Source of the DNA: the human T2T-CHM13v2.0 reference genome, Homo sapiens
Reading direction: 5' to 3' (one strand)
Assembly: GCF_009914755.1 (NCBI RefSeq)
Contig: NC_060926.1
Length of the DNA stretch: 64,000 nucleotides
Of the stretch, positions 1 to 18,769 are shown piece after piece. Each line of letters opens with the position of its first letter. Position 1 is the first letter of the stretch. The position numbers were made by a program, and so were the translations under genes. The notes beneath the pieces are model-generated. The model made no database searches. It saw only the letters and a program-made list of their open reading frames with translations, and was not told where the DNA came from.

Positions 1-361
1 CTTGTATATCTTCTTTTCAGAAGTGTTTGTTCATGTCCCTTGCTCACTTTTTAATGCAGTTACTTGTTTTACTCTTGTTGCATTAAATTCCTTATAGAAT
101 CTGGATATTAGCCCTTTGTTGGATGCATAGTTTGCAAATATTTTATCTCCCATTCTGTAGGTTGTCTGTTTACTCTATTAGTAGTTTCTTTTGCTGGGCG
201 GAAGCTCTTAAATTTAATTAGGTCCCACTTGTCAATTTTTGCTTTTGTTGCAATTGCTTTTGAGGACTTAGTTATAAATTGTTTGTCTAGGAGGGTATTT
301 CCTAGGTTTTCTTCTAGGATTTTTATAGTTTGAGGTCTTAACATTTAACTCTTTAATCCAT
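1..361 (-). mobile_element. LINE-1 ORF2 3' fragment (L1PB/L1PA-like)
   Basis: ORF 108..344 translates to the L1 ORF2 segment [22 protein letters not shown]. Confidence 0.9.
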
Positions 362-530
362 CTTTTTCTAAAACAAAATTATCATTTTTAATTTTTGTGG
401 GTACATAGTAGATATTAATACTTATGGGTTATATAAGGTATTTTGATACAGGCATGCAATATGAAATAATCACATCAAGATAAATGGGGTGTCCATCACC
501 TCAAGCATTTATTCTTTGTGTGTCAAACAC
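362..530 (-). mobile_element. L1MA-type 3' end fragment
   Basis: tttgatacaggcatgcaat..aataatcacatc..catcacctcaagcattt is the reverse complement of the L1MA 3'UTR also seen at 36520-36640. Confidence 0.75.
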
Positions 531-986
531 TTCTCATTAGAAGTGTGCTTCTCTGGGTGAAGCAGGTTGGCACTTCAATTGAACCAAGTACCTTTCTCTT
601 TGGCTTCCTTCTTTATCTGATCATTTTCCTTCATACGTTTCAGGAAGCGATCTCCTCTCTTAGAGTGTTTAATGTGCTCCACACACACATTCTCTTGGCA
701 AGAATCTTGCCCTAAATTGTTTGTTTACAACAATGCCAACAGCATGTTGGGTAACATCATAGACTCTTCCAGTTTTGCCATAATAACACTTGTGGGGCAT
801 TCCTTTTTGAACAGTACTCATTTCCTTGACGTCTACAATATCATGTTCCTTACAGATTTGCATATACATGGCCAAAAGAACAACTCCATGTTTTCTAAAA
901 GACCAACATATATTGGGTGCCTCTCTTCTTTCCCTTTGTTTTTGTCATTTTGGTGAATTACTGGAACATGGCAGCTCCAGCCAAAA
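531..986 (-). pseudogene. RPL21P: Processed pseudogene of ribosomal protein L21 (intronless, frameshifted, 3' truncated)
   Basis: Minus strand gives [42 protein letters not shown]; ATG at 948-946 is preceded by an RPL21-like 5'UTR (CCAGTAATTCACCAAAATG); no introns. Confidence 0.93.
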
Positions 987-994
987 TGAAGCAG

Positions 995-1273
995 GAGTTT
1001 GACTATTAAATGCCTTGAGGTAGTCTTCTTTGGGTTAAATCTGCTTGGTGTTCTATAACCTTTTTGTACTTCGATATTGATATCTTTCTTAGGATATTCC
1101 TTAGGATATTCGTAATCCTAAGGGGATGCTACTCGTAATGTCACAGGGGGTGTACATCATGTGTGTATACCCCCTGCGATTTTATTTGTAATATCCTAGT
1201 GGGATGCTACTTCTATAAGTTTGGGAAGTTCTCTGTTATTATTCCACTGAATAAGCTTTCTACCCCTATCTCT
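995..1273 (-). mobile_element. L1M ORF1 fragment interrupted by satellite
   Basis: 1066-1093 joined to 1218-1272 is the reverse complement of L1 ORF1 sequence at ~33776-33856. Confidence 0.75.
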
Positions 1274-1660
1274 ATGTACACCCACTGTGATATTATTCCT
1301 AATATCTTAAGTAGTAATTACTTCTAATATCACAGTGGGTGTACACCCTGTGACATTTTTCATGATATTTTAGGGAGATACTACTTCTAACACCATGTGT
1401 GTACGCCCACTGTGATATTATTTGTAATATTCTAGGAAGATATTACTCCTAATATTAAAGTGAGTGTACACACTGTGATGTTATTTGTAATATCCAAGGG
1501 GGATGTTACTTCTAATGTCACAGTGGATGTACATCCTGTGATATTTTTGGTAATATGCTAGGGGGATGTTACTCCTAATGTCACTGGGATTGTACACCCT
1601 GTGATACTATTTGAAATATCCTAGGGGGATGTTACTCCTAATATTACAGAAGTATATGTG
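1094..1660. repeat. SATR-type (SATR1/SATR2-like) satellite, ~62-65 bp unit
   Basis: Recurring unit TGTACACCCTGTGATATTATTTGTAATATCCTAGGGGGATGTTACTCCTAATATCACAGTGGG, ~8 diverged copies. Confidence 0.85.
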
Positions 1661-2084
1661 TGAGCAGGCCCACACATATACTCATTTCCCCAAATTTCTC
1701 CAAGCTCTTCTCCCAACCAGGAAGCGCGACTTGGTTGTCACATTCTGCAATTTCCCTTCTCAGTGTTTCATGGTACCATCTGTGATTAATTTTCCAAGCT
1801 TAGTTCTCAAGTGTTTGAAAGTACAGCAAAATCTCTTATCGCATTCAAGGGCTTAGTTCTTATAACAGAAAGCCTTCCTTGATACTATTTTTTCTACCAT
1901 GGGCTTTAAAATGCCCATGTTGAAAGTCAAAATTGGGCAATAACTTCTTTGTTCTAGACTATTTCCAGCATTCCTCTGTTGGTCGTGCATCTAGAAAACT
2001 ATTACTGCTTGATGGCTGGAGTGGGAGGGGTAGAGTAAAGGAATACAAATTGTATAATTTAATTTAGGACATTAACCATCACAG

Positions 2085-3160
2085 AATCCTAGCGCTGTGT
2101 GACCTTGGGAAAATTATTTATTTGCCCAGTTCTACAGTGTTATCATTTACAAAGTAGAAGAAATAAACAGAACCTGCTTCTTGAGTGTGCTTTGAGGATT
2201 AAGTGAGATAATTAATGTAAAGTTTTCAGCACCATATGTACCACATAGTTCTTGATTTTGAAGGCACACAGTTACACCCCAATTCCATCTTGCAACAAGG
2301 TGGAGTTGAGCCTAAATGAACACTCAAAAGAATGTACTAAACATTTTGAACAGTATTGAGGTGGTTGTAACGTGGCAAGCACTAAGAGGTTGTAGGCTCC
2401 TCTAGGAAATCAAGCCACGTGAGTGGATTAAATATCCAGGGAGAATGTAGGAGAGTCAAAGCCATCTCCAACAGACACCAACATTTAAAGTGCAGGTGGA
2501 AGAGGAAACTTCGAAGAAGCCGCAAGTGGTAGGGGAAACCAGGAGCATGTGATGTCATAAAAGTCAAGGGACAAAATCACTTCAGTAAGGAATAAAAGAC
2601 TACTTGAAGCAAATGTTGCAGAGATGCCTTGAGAGTCCAGATACCATTTGGTTAAGGCATGAATAACAGATGAAGAATTGGGGACGGCAAGTGTAGACAG
2701 TCTTTTTAAAGAAGCCTGGCTGTAAAGGACAATAGAGCTAAAGCTAGAGGGTCACTGAATAAATTTGAGGTTAGTCTATTTTTAGAACGGGAGCTATCTC
2801 TCATTTTAACAAAGCAGGGAATGAGTCAGTGGGGAGAAAAGAAGGAAGGCACAGGACAGCAGAGATGGGTAGATGGCCAAAGATCATCGGGGGCTTAGGA
2901 GAGATACCCAGGTCCTGGTGGAAGCATTAGGCTTGAGATCAGACAGGAAGAGGAAAACTATTCTCTCCTAAGAGGAGGGAAGGAGAGAAGATGGGTCTAG
3001 ATGTCAGCGTACAGATCCAAGGCAGGAAGTTGAGCAAGGTCCCATCTGAAGATTCCCCTTTTCTCTGTGAAGCAAAAGCAAAGCCATCTCTTTCAGAGAG
3101 ACGGGGACATGGATAAAGCCCAGAGAAGAGTGGAGGTGACTACTAGGGCTTCGCAGAGAA
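2085..3160. mobile_element. MIR and L2 remnants
   Basis: MIR core (gctgtgtgaccttggg..gaggattaagtgagataat) at ~2090-2250, followed by purine-rich L2-like 3' sequence. Confidence 0.55.
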
Positions 3161-3452
3161 GGGAACACAATAGGACTCATTGATAGGCCTAATAAAGCAA
3201 ATTATCATCATATTCTGGTTCTGAAAATAAAAAATTTGAAATTTGGGAAAGATATTTTTCTGGTCTTCAAAGTAGAGACTCTATCCCCTTGGCTATCTAC
3301 ACTGTACTGGAACACATGCATAAAGAAGATTATTGAATGATGTTTAGTGCAAGAGGATCGTACCTGCCCGGCTATTTAGTTAGAGCCCCAAACCCGACAT
3401 TTTTACAAAAAATGAATGTTCTCTTCACTTCCAAAGTATTTATTTTTCACTA

Positions 3453-3466
3453 CCACTAGGTGGTGT
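3453..3466 (+). promoter_or_regulatory. Candidate CTCF motif
   Basis: CCACTAGGTGGTGT closely matches the CTCF core CCACYAGRKGGCR, in non-repeat sequence. Confidence 0.45.
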
Positions 3467-4140
3467 TTTGTTCAATTAAATCAAGAGTGAAACTTAACCT
3501 TTGACTCCTGTTTCAGTACACGCACTGAAAAGTACACATGCTACCTGCTGCACTTTGGTTTTAATCTTTACTTTCTAATTCTAATTTTCTAGACCAGCTA
3601 TGGTATAAATGAAAACTTTGCTTTTCTCAAGTGTTACACCCTGTTTTATTTGTCTTTAAATACAATGAAAATGGAATGTGCATTTTTTCTTCCCTTTAAA
3701 AAGACCAGGGGAATGGAATGATGCGGAAGGCGGCCTTCTATAAGAAGTATGAATCTATGCCTGCTTGAGAAACCATTGTGTATTTATAATTCTTGTACTC
3801 TTCTTTTCAATAAACATTTCATGTTTTTAAAAAATCAACTTTTTTTTTACATTAAAGATACATACTAACCTTTTAGTCTTCTTAATTAATAGTTTCTGCA
3901 ACTCCTGTGCTGGATACACTAAATCTTCTGTAAGTTTATTACTAAAAACCCCTTGTTAAAAACCAAAGTTGCCTAATTATGGATCATGTAAGAAAGTAGT
4001 CTCAATTAATGAAAAAACTATTTAAATAAAATGAATATGTTTTCTCTCACACTGATGCAAAAGAGGACTTTATGTATTAACCCAAAGCCTTCCTTTTTCT
4101 CTATGTTGCACCGAGGTTTGCAGCCTAACTCTGCTGCTCA

Positions 4141-4522
<382 letters not shown>

Positions 4523-4624
4523 AAAGTGTTGATATGGAACACTTGATAGATAGTAGGTGTGAAGTACAAGGGCATCTTAAATTCACTGATATTTCTGCTT
4601 GAAAACATTAAATAACGTACGGGA

Positions 4625-5075
4625 GTTGTGCAGCTTATCTTCTCTTTGCTCTCCTTCCTCCACCCCAGGTCCAGTGTCCACCTGTTTCTATCTTGTTTTG
4701 TGTTCTGAGGGGTTGACTTGTATAGAATGCACAAACAGGTTTCTTTGCCCTCTGGCTTTTGACTGAGTTTGGCCAGGGGACAGGAGATGGGAGGGAAGGA
4801 GAAAAAAGAGCTTGGGATATTTGTTTGTCCAGCTCCCTTCCCGGGGGTGGGCGGGGGGTCATTGTTTGCTGGCTGCAACTATCAACTGAACTTCTCCAGA
4901 TCTGCCATGCAGCTCTCTACACAGTTTTCTCTCTTCCTCTGCCCTCACCACCACTGGGTCCAATTACTAAACTTATAGAATCCCTATGCCTTGCCCACCC
5001 CTCTGTATATAGTTCCTTTATTAAACTCCTGTCACATTACCTAAGTGTGCCATCTTTTACCTGCTGGTCCCAATG
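4625..5075. mobile_element. Old LTR (MaLR/ERVL-like) remnant
   Basis: LTR-like composition ending in attaaac..tgtgccatct..cctgctgg; family uncertain. Confidence 0.4.
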
Positions 5076-5123
5076 ATCCAGGCAGTAAGCTAATTTGAGG
5101 GCCACCACTAGAAAGATCCTTAG

Positions 5124-5606
<483 letters not shown>

Positions 5607-7061
5607 AAGCCTAGATCTTCTAGATTCAGTTGTGGATCAGGCCCAGAAGTGAAGTTCCTTCCCTTCTCCTTTGTCCCAAGAATTCCAAACACGTTTCATA
5701 CTGTATGATGCTCTGTGACTTTGCTGAAGAGTGAGCGGGGCACAGGGCAGAGACCTCATAGCATCCCACCCAGCTACAGCCATCTTCACTGTCTCCAAAA
5801 GCCTGTTCTCCTCCCAAATGAGCCTCTGGTATCTATCATCTCATGTCATCCAGCTGCCACTGTTTCTCTGAATAGAGCACTGGTGACTGCTTAGTCTACC
5901 TTCCCCAGACCCTTCTTCTGGAATTCCATGAAATAAAACGGTCTTATCTTGTGACCTTTGGGGAAAACAAACAGGCTCCGCAAAGTCGTAATTTACATAA
6001 GGCCCTCCACATTCATGCTAACTCCTCAGCTAATTCCACTGATAATTATACCCCTAAGATCCCACCAGCAGAATCCGCAGGAGTGGACTGTTGGAAGCAG
6101 TTGGCAAGAAACATTCCAAAGGACTCTGAGCACCAACTGTTTACCCCCAGGGCTTCCTTGATGAGACTGCAAACTTCGTGGACTTGGGGCTTTTCCTTCT
6201 GTGACCACACTGCCGCTTAGCACAGTTTCAATAACTCCTCTGGACCAATGATTAAATACCAACGTCAACAGCACCCCTAGGAAAATGAGCAAGGAACAGA
6301 ATCTGCTTATAAAAGGAGTCCCAGCCCAGGGGCTATGGGGGCTTTGCCTTGGGCCTCTTCCTCTTGAGCAGAAGGTACACAGGTGGCAAGGTCTGGGCCC
6401 AGAGCCTCTTTGGCCAGGGTGACCACAGGTGACTGCAGACCCAGAGCACAAGGCCCAGCCAACTCTCAGTGGCAACCACATCTGGTTACTGAGTCCGAAG
6501 AGTGCCTGAGGAGGTGTGGGAGCTAAGAAGCCAGGAGGGCTCTCTGCTTGTCACAGCCACCTCAGCCTGCTGATGCCAGACTATGTTCGCCAGCTGTGAC
6601 TGTTCTCCCCACACCAACTTGGCCTCAGTTACCCACAGCAAGAGCTGAGACTAGGTGGGCACATTTAAGAATACTTAATGAAACATTCCTGTAAGTCCTG
6701 GGATGATGGGGGGGAAAGTATCTTACAGGGGAAAAAAAAAAAGGCAAAAAAAATAAAACAAAACAAACAAACCCAGAAACGTATTACTTCCACACCAGCT
6801 CAGACCTTCCCAGGGCGCCTAACCTGGTGGTCCCTTCCTCACTCTCAGCCCTCCTGAGTTAGAAGTAGCTCACTGTCCACATGCCCCAAATCCCAGCCAA
6901 TCAGTGTCCTGGGACACTTGTCACATTCACTCCAGTCAAAAGCTTTTCATGTGCCCTGAGCTATTCCCAGGATGACTGGGAGTGGGAATATTCATCACTT
7001 TCAAGAAAAAAAAAAATCCATTCTCCTCACAAAGGCTTGATAGACTCAAATGGATAATCGC

Positions 7062-7448
7062 TGATAGGGTTTGGCTCTGTGTCCCCACCCAAATCTCATG
7101 TTGAATTGTAATTCCCAGTGTTGGGGGAGGAACCTGGTGGGAAGTGACTGGATCATGGAGCAGATTTCCCCCTTGTTGTTCTCATGATAGTGAGTGAGTT
7201 CTCACAAGATCTGATGATTTAAAAGTGTGTGGCACTTCCTTTTTCACTCTCTCTCTTTCTCCTGCTCTGCCATGGTAAGATGTGCTTGATTCCCCTTTGC
7301 TTTCCGCCATGTTTCCTAAGTTTCCCGAGGCTTCCCAGCCATGCCTCCTGTATAGCCTGTGGAACTGTGACTCAATTAAACCTTTTTTCTTCATAAATTA
7401 TCCAGCTTTGGGTAGTTTTTTACAGCCGTGTGACAGCGGACTAATACA
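7062..7448 (+). mobile_element. MST (MaLR) solo LTR
   Basis: Starts tgatagggtttggctctgtgtccccacccaaatctcatgttgaattgtaat and ends ggactaataca. Confidence 0.9.
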
Positions 7449-7574
7449 CTCACCCAATAATTGTTTTTTCTTTTAGTGTTTTTAGATCCCAACTTGTGTT
7501 ACCATCATCCAGTAATTATTAATACATTTCTCAAAATTTAGGTTCTTCTGTCTAATATAAGAGTATGTTTGAAA

Positions 7575-7878
7575 GGCCAGGGCCACAGTGGCTTATGCCT
7601 GTAATCTCAAAACTTTGGGAGGCCGAGGTGGGTGGATCATTTGAGGTCAAGAGTTCAAGACCATCCCGGGCAACATGGAGAAACCCATTCTCTACTAAAA
7701 ATACAAAAATTAGCCGGGCGTGGTGGCTGGTGCTTATAATCCCATCTACTCGGGAGACTGAGGAAGGAGAATCGCTTGAACCTGGGAGGCAGAGTTTCAG
7801 TGAGCCAAGATCGCACCATTGCACTTTAGCCTGGGCGACAGAGTGAGACGCCATCTCAAAACAGAAGAAAACAAAAAA
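7575..7878 (+). mobile_element. AluS
   Basis: Dimer; TSD agtatgtttgaaa. Confidence 0.95.
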
Positions 7879-8719
7879 GTATGTTTGAAACATCAAAAGC
7901 TGAATTGAAATTGTATTGTGTGACAAGTTAAGTTTAACTCTTTATCAGTTTCTCTTCAAGAACTCAAAAATCTTGGGCTCCAGTTTATCCATGTTTCACT
8001 TTGTTATAAGATATTTTCATGATATTCTGAATAAGAAAGCTTACTTATATGTTTGATAGATTTTTACCATTGTAATATAAATTTAAAAAATTGTTTTTCA
8101 CGTATAATACTTTAGGTTTTGAATGCTACTTTGCCTGATATTAATGTTGCTTGAGCACCCCAATTTTATTAATTTGCATTTTCCTAAGATATCTTCGTTT
8201 GTTTCTCTATTTTCAACCTCTTTTTGTTTTATACATATCTCTTGTACAGAGAACATAGTTTGAAGTTGCTTTTGTCACCCAACTATATGTTTATTGTGCT
8301 CTACTGTTGTTTCCCTATTTTATTCTATTTTATGATTTCTTCTATACAGTTTTTTTTTCTTTTTTCCTTTTAAAGTGCCTTAAAGTTTCAACAAACCTAT
8401 TCTTTCTTTTGCAGAGAGAGTATTTTTTCAAACAATAATGTATTTATTTCACTCATTGTAATTGTACATATTTATTGGGTACAGTTTCTTTTTTTTAAGT
8501 TTAAGATGTTTATTAAGATGTCTATTAGACACCCGAATGCAGTTAAGTTCATAAAAGGTTTTTAAAAGAGAGGTCAAAGCTAGAGAAATAAGCTTGCATT
8601 TAAGCTTAAAGTGGCACATGAAGTGACATAATTATATAACTTGGGGAAGTGAGTATGGATAGAGAAGTCTAGGTATCAACTTTGAGAAAGTCCAACATCT
8701 TGAGATCAGTAAAGAATCC

Positions 8720-8845
8720 AAGCCAGATGCAGTGGCTTATGACAGTAATCCCAACACTTTGGAAGGCTGAGGTGGGAGGATTGCTTCAGGCCAGAAGTTT
8801 GAGACCAGCCTGGGCAGCAAAAGAAAACCGTGTCCGTAAAAAAAA

Positions 8846-8862
<17 letters not shown>
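8720..8862 (+). mobile_element. FLAM / Alu left monomer with A25 tail
   Basis: Single Alu arm followed by poly-A. Confidence 0.85.

Positions 8863-8917
<55 letters not shown>
8862..8917. repeat. (AT)n microsatellite
   Basis: ~28 perfect AT units between the Alu A-tail and the 3' end of an antisense L1. Confidence 0.97.
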
Positions 8918-11972
<3,055 letters not shown>

Positions 11973-12577
11973 TCTTCTTCCTCCCCTCCCCTCCTCCTTT
12001 CTCTCCTCCCATCTCTGGTAACCACTGTTCTACTCTCTGTTTCTATAATATCAATTTTTTTGTTTTAGATTCCACGTGAGTGAGATCACACAGTATTTAT
12101 CTTTCTATGTCTGGTTTATTTCATTTAACATTGTGTCCTGGTTCATTCATGTTGTCATAAATAACAGTATTTCACTCTTTTTTATGACTGACTAGTATTG
12201 TCATATCACATTTTCTTTATCCATTCATCAATGGACAGTTAGGTTGATTCTATGTCTTGACTATTGTGAATAGTGCTGCAACAAGCATGGCAGTGGAGCT
12301 ATCTCTTCGACATACTGGTTTCATTTCCTTTGGATATATACCCAGTAGTGGGATTGCTGAATCACATGGTCATTCTATTTCTAAATTTTTGAGGAACCCC
12401 CATACTGTTTTTTATAATGGCTATACTAGTTTACAATCCCATAAATAATGTGTATGTGTTCCCTTTTTTCCATATCTTTGCCAATACTTGTTTTGTCTTT
12501 TTGATAATAGCCATTCTAACTGGGGTGAGGTGGTATCTAATTGTGGATTTTATTTATTAATACATTTCCCTGATTAT

Positions 12578-12820
12578 TAGTGCAGTTGTGCGAACACAGT
12601 TCACTCAACCTCATGGGCTCAGGTGATCCTCCCACTTCAGCCTCCTGAGTAGCTGAAACTACAGGTGCATGCCACCACACCCAGCTAGTTTTTGTATTTT
12701 TAGTAGAGATGGGGTTTTGCCTTGTGCCCAAGCTGGTCTTGAACAATTGAGCTCAAGCAATCTGCCCACTGTGGCCTCCCAAAGTGCTGGGATTACAGGC
12801 ATGAGCCACCACACTTGGCC
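12578..12820 (-). mobile_element. AluJ, tail missing
   Basis: Alu body without poly-T. Confidence 0.88.
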
Positions 12821-12870
12821 TGTCCCTTCACTGTGTTAATATCTCCCTTTGCTGTGCAAAATCTTTATAG

Positions 12871-13206
<336 letters not shown>

Positions 13207-13968
13207 TGAATAATCTTTTTAATGTGCTGTGGATTTGGTTTGCTAATAACTTGTTGAAAATTTTTATGTCAGTGTTCATCAGGGATATTGGTCCATAGTT
13301 TTTTATTTTGTTATGTCCTGGTCTAGTTTTGGAAACAGGGTAATTAGAGTAATGTTGGCCTTGTAAAATGAGTTCTCCTCCTCTCCCATTTTCTGGAATA
13401 GTTTGAAGAAATGGTATTAGTTCTTCTTTAAATGTTTGGTAGAATTCAGCAGTGAAGCCACTAGGTCCTGGGCTTTTCTTTGATGGGAGGCTTTTTATTA
13501 CTGATTCAATCTCCTTACTCATTATTGGTGTATTTAGATTGTCTATTTCTCCGTAATTTAATATTGGTTGGTTTTATGTGTCCAGGAATTTATCCATTTC
13601 TTCTGTATTATCAAATGTGTTGGTATATAGTTGTTTATAATAGTGTCTTATGATCCTTTTATTTCTAAGATTTTATTTGTTTGAGTCATCTCTTTTTTCT
13701 TAGTCTAGTTAAAGATTTGTTGGTTTTATTTGTCTTTTCAAAATACCAACTCCTAGTTTTGTTGATGTTTTTTGTTTTCTTAGGCTCTATTTCACTTATT
13801 TCTGCTCTCAGCCTTATTATTTGCTTCTTTCTACCAATTTTGAATTCAGTTTATTCTTCCTTTTCTAATTATTTGAGCTGCATAATGAGGTTATTTATTA
13901 GACATCTTTCTCCTTTTTTGATGTAGGTGTTTATTGCTATAAACTTCCTTCTTAGAAGTGCTATTGCT

Positions 13969-14262
13969 GGCCGGGTGCAGTGGGATTACGTCTGTAATCC
14001 CAGCACTTTGGGAGACCGAGATGGGTGGATCAGTTGAGCCCAGGAGTTCGAGACCAGCCTGGCCAACATGGTGAAACCCTGTCTCTACTAAAAATACAAA
14101 AATTAGCCCAGCATGGTGGCAGGCACCTGTAATCCCAGCTACTCAGGAGACTGAGGCAGGAGAATTGTGAACCCCGGGGGCAGAGGTTGCAGTGAGCTGA
14201 GATTGCACCACTGCCCTCCAGCCTGGGCAACAGAGTAAGACTCTGTTTTTAAAAAAAAAAAA
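13969..14262 (+). mobile_element. AluS
   Basis: Dimer; TSD aagtgct(a/g)ttgct. Confidence 0.95.
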
Positions 14263-15917
14263 GTGCTGTTGCTGTGTCCCATAGAATTTGGTATGATGTG
14301 TTTTCATTCTCATTTGTTTCAAGGAAATTTTAAACTTCTCTTTAAATTTCCTCACTGACCCACTGAGTGAGCATGTTATTTAGGAGCATGTTGTTTAATT
14401 TCCATTTATTTGTAGAGTTTCCAAAATTTTTCTTATTGATTTCTGGTTTTATACCATTGTGGTCAGAAAAGATACCTTATGTGGTCTCTATCTTCCTAAA
14501 GTTGTTAAGACTTGTTCTGTGACCTAACATGTGATCTATATTGGAGAATTCCCCATATGCAGTTGAGAAGAATGTGTGTCTTGCAGCAGCTGGATGAAGG
14601 TTCTGTAAATGTATGCTACGTCTGTTGAGTCCATGGTGTAGTTTAAGTCTGATAATTTTTGTTGATTTTTTTTGTCTAGGGAAAGTGGGATATTGAAGTT
14701 CTCTACTATTGTATTGCAATCTATCTCTCCCTTCAGGTCTAACAATATTTGTTTTATATATAAAGGTGCTCCAGTGTTGGATATATATATTCATAATTGT
14801 TATATCCTCTTTTTGACTTGATCCCTTTATAGTTATATAATAACTTATTTGTGTCTTAAATAGTTTTTGACTTAAAGTCTATTTTATTGGATATACATGT
14901 GGCTACTCCTACTTGCTTTTGGTTTCCATTTGCATGGAATATCTTTTTCCATCCCTTCACTTTTAGTTTATGTTTGTCTTTAACAGTGAGGTTAATTTCT
15001 TGTAGGCAGTACATAGTTGGGTCTTGTTTTTTAATTTATTCAGGTATTCTCTATCTTTTATTTAGTTGGAGGACTTAATCAATTTTCACTCAAGGTTATT
15101 ATTGACAGATAAGGACTAACCCCTGCTATTTTGTTCATTGTTTTCTGTTTAAAAAAAAAATAAAACTCTTGTTTCTTTCTTCCTCGCATTGTCTACCCGC
15201 ATGGTTTAATGTTTCTCTGTGGTGCTAAGCTTTGTTTCCTTTTTCTTTCTCATTTTTGTATCTGCTGAAATTTCTCTTTTTGTGGTTACCATGGAGCTAA
15301 CATTATAGAGTGTTGTAATTATAGCAGACTATTTTTAGCTGACAGAAACTTAACTTTGTTTTTTTTTCTATGCAGATGTAGCAGCAACAACTTAACTTTG
15401 GTCACATAAAGACACTGCAGATTTTTTCCCTTCCTCCCAAAATTTATATATTTGTTGTCTTAATTTACTTCTTTATCTATTATGTGTTTCCTAGCCGCTA
15501 ATTGTAGCTGTTATTAGTTTTGATCATTTTGACTTTAAATCTTCATATGAAAGGATTGAGAGATTTACATAGCACCATTGTATCACTGTGGTATTCTGAG
15601 TTTGATTTATAAATTTACCTCTACTGGTGAGTTTTCTACCTCCATGTACTCTCATGATAGTAATTATCATCCTTTAGTTTCCAATTATAACTCTCCCATA
15701 AGCATTTCTTGTAAGGCCAGTCTAGTGGTGATAAGTTCCCTCAGCTTTTGTTTGTCTGAGGTCTTTGTTTGTCCGTCTTTTCTTAAGAATAGCTTTACTA
15801 AATATAACATTCTTGGGTCATAGTTTTTTTTTCAGCACTTTAAATATATCATTTCATTCTCTCCTAGCCTGCAACATTTCTGCTGAGAAATCTGCTGATA
15901 GTGCAGTGATAGTGCAG

Positions 15918-16037
15918 TGAGGCAGGAGAATCGCTTGAACCCGGGAGGCGGAGGTTGCAGTGAGCCAAGATTTCACCACTGCGCTCCAGCCTGGGTGACA
16001 GAGCAAGACTCTGTCTCAAAACAAAACAAAACAAAAA
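15918..16037 (+). mobile_element. Alu right-arm fragment with (AAAAC)n tail
   Basis: tgaggcaggagaatcgcttgaacccgggaggcggagg..tctcaaaacaaaac. Confidence 0.9.
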
Positions 16038-16880
16038 TGGTGCTGAATTGTGGCAGCTTAGGTCATGGGGTTGGGGGATGCTTAAGATGAGCTTCTACTC
16101 TGAGGCATTCCAGCTGGTTGAACTCTCAGCTACTCTCTAAACTGGACTCAGATCCTGTGAGGACTGAGGGACTCTCCTGTAGCAAGGATTGCTGGAGATC
16201 TCCAGCTTACCTTTTCCCATAAGAAGAAATCCCCCTGATTCTGAGCTGATCTTGGCAAGGCACACAGCATGGCAGAGGCAGAATGTCTCACTCCCCTCAC
16301 TACAGGGCTGTCTGGAGCTTCCATGCTCCACAGGGATTTTGCTATTCCCCGGATGCTCTCCAGTGTACTTCCTCAGTTACTCTAGTCAAAATATAGTTGT
16401 TTCTTCATTGTTTAGGTCCCTTTTTGAGGAGAGGATAAGTGCCAGGTAACTCTAGTCAGCCATCTTGCTGATGTCACTCCCAATAAGCCTATTTAAATCT
16501 AAGTTTCTCCATCAATGTATGACAGCTTTGTGGTTTCAGAGACCCAGCCTGCTTTAATCTTTTATCCCACCATCCATATGGTGTTAACCTTATTGGTGTG
16601 ATCACCATGGCTCACCACCACATTAACATTCCAGCAAGATGAAGGGGAGAAGGGATAGGAGAGGGAACACTCTTTCCTTAAGAGCATGACCTAAGAATTA
16701 CATATGTGATTTATACACATTCAATGAGCCAGAGTTTAGTCACCTGCCTGTACCAGTGATGGGGAGGCTCAGAAATGCTAGGAAATGTAGTTGGGCCAGT
16801 TATTAAGCTATTGTCTTCCAGATCCATTTCCAGCTTTCTACACTCTGGTTTTTGATGCTGAGATTGGGGCTCTGCAAACT

Positions 16881-17637
<757 letters not shown>

Positions 17638-17640
17638 TAA

Positions 17641-18162
<522 letters not shown>

Positions 18163-18769
18163 TGAGTTCTGTAATTTCAATCTTTTCTCTTTGTCTCCCA
18201 GCCGCAGAGGTTGTGGCTGCTTCTTGCAGTTATTACTTCTGTTTTACTTCAGTGTTCTCTTATTTTTTAGTCTTCAATATGTTTGTTTTCTGTTTTCTTG
18301 TATGGACACTACCTGAATGATACATTAGTCTATGGCTGGGTGGTTAGTTAAATCTTATTAACATTTTGTAATTCTTATTGCAATTCCAGTGTTTAATGTC
18401 CATATAGTTGCCAATACAAAGGGAATCGGTCACTTCACACATGCATTTAGAGCCGATATACTACACATTTAAGAGTAATATGAATTGTTAGTACTGCAAA
18501 ATGTTTCTCAGGCAGCGTGTGCATCTTTTGACAATATACAAACTGGACCAGGAAAAGAAGAAAATAAGCATTTGAGATAACTGGGAAATGAAACTTCTTT
18601 GTGCAGGAATACATTGCATTCACATTGAGAGAAAATATTTGACAACTTAATTTTTCTTTTTTCTTACCTAAGTACTTCCACCACTCAGATCTTCCCTGAA
18701 CTATAAACTAGTGTTCATCTCTGACACTGGCAATGACACATCCCACAAAAAACTTCACAACTCTTTGAT

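Noticed and set aside
1094-1660. Regularly spaced repeats suggesting a CRISPR-like array
   Set aside because: Head-to-tail diverged satellite units without unique spacers, in primate DNA.
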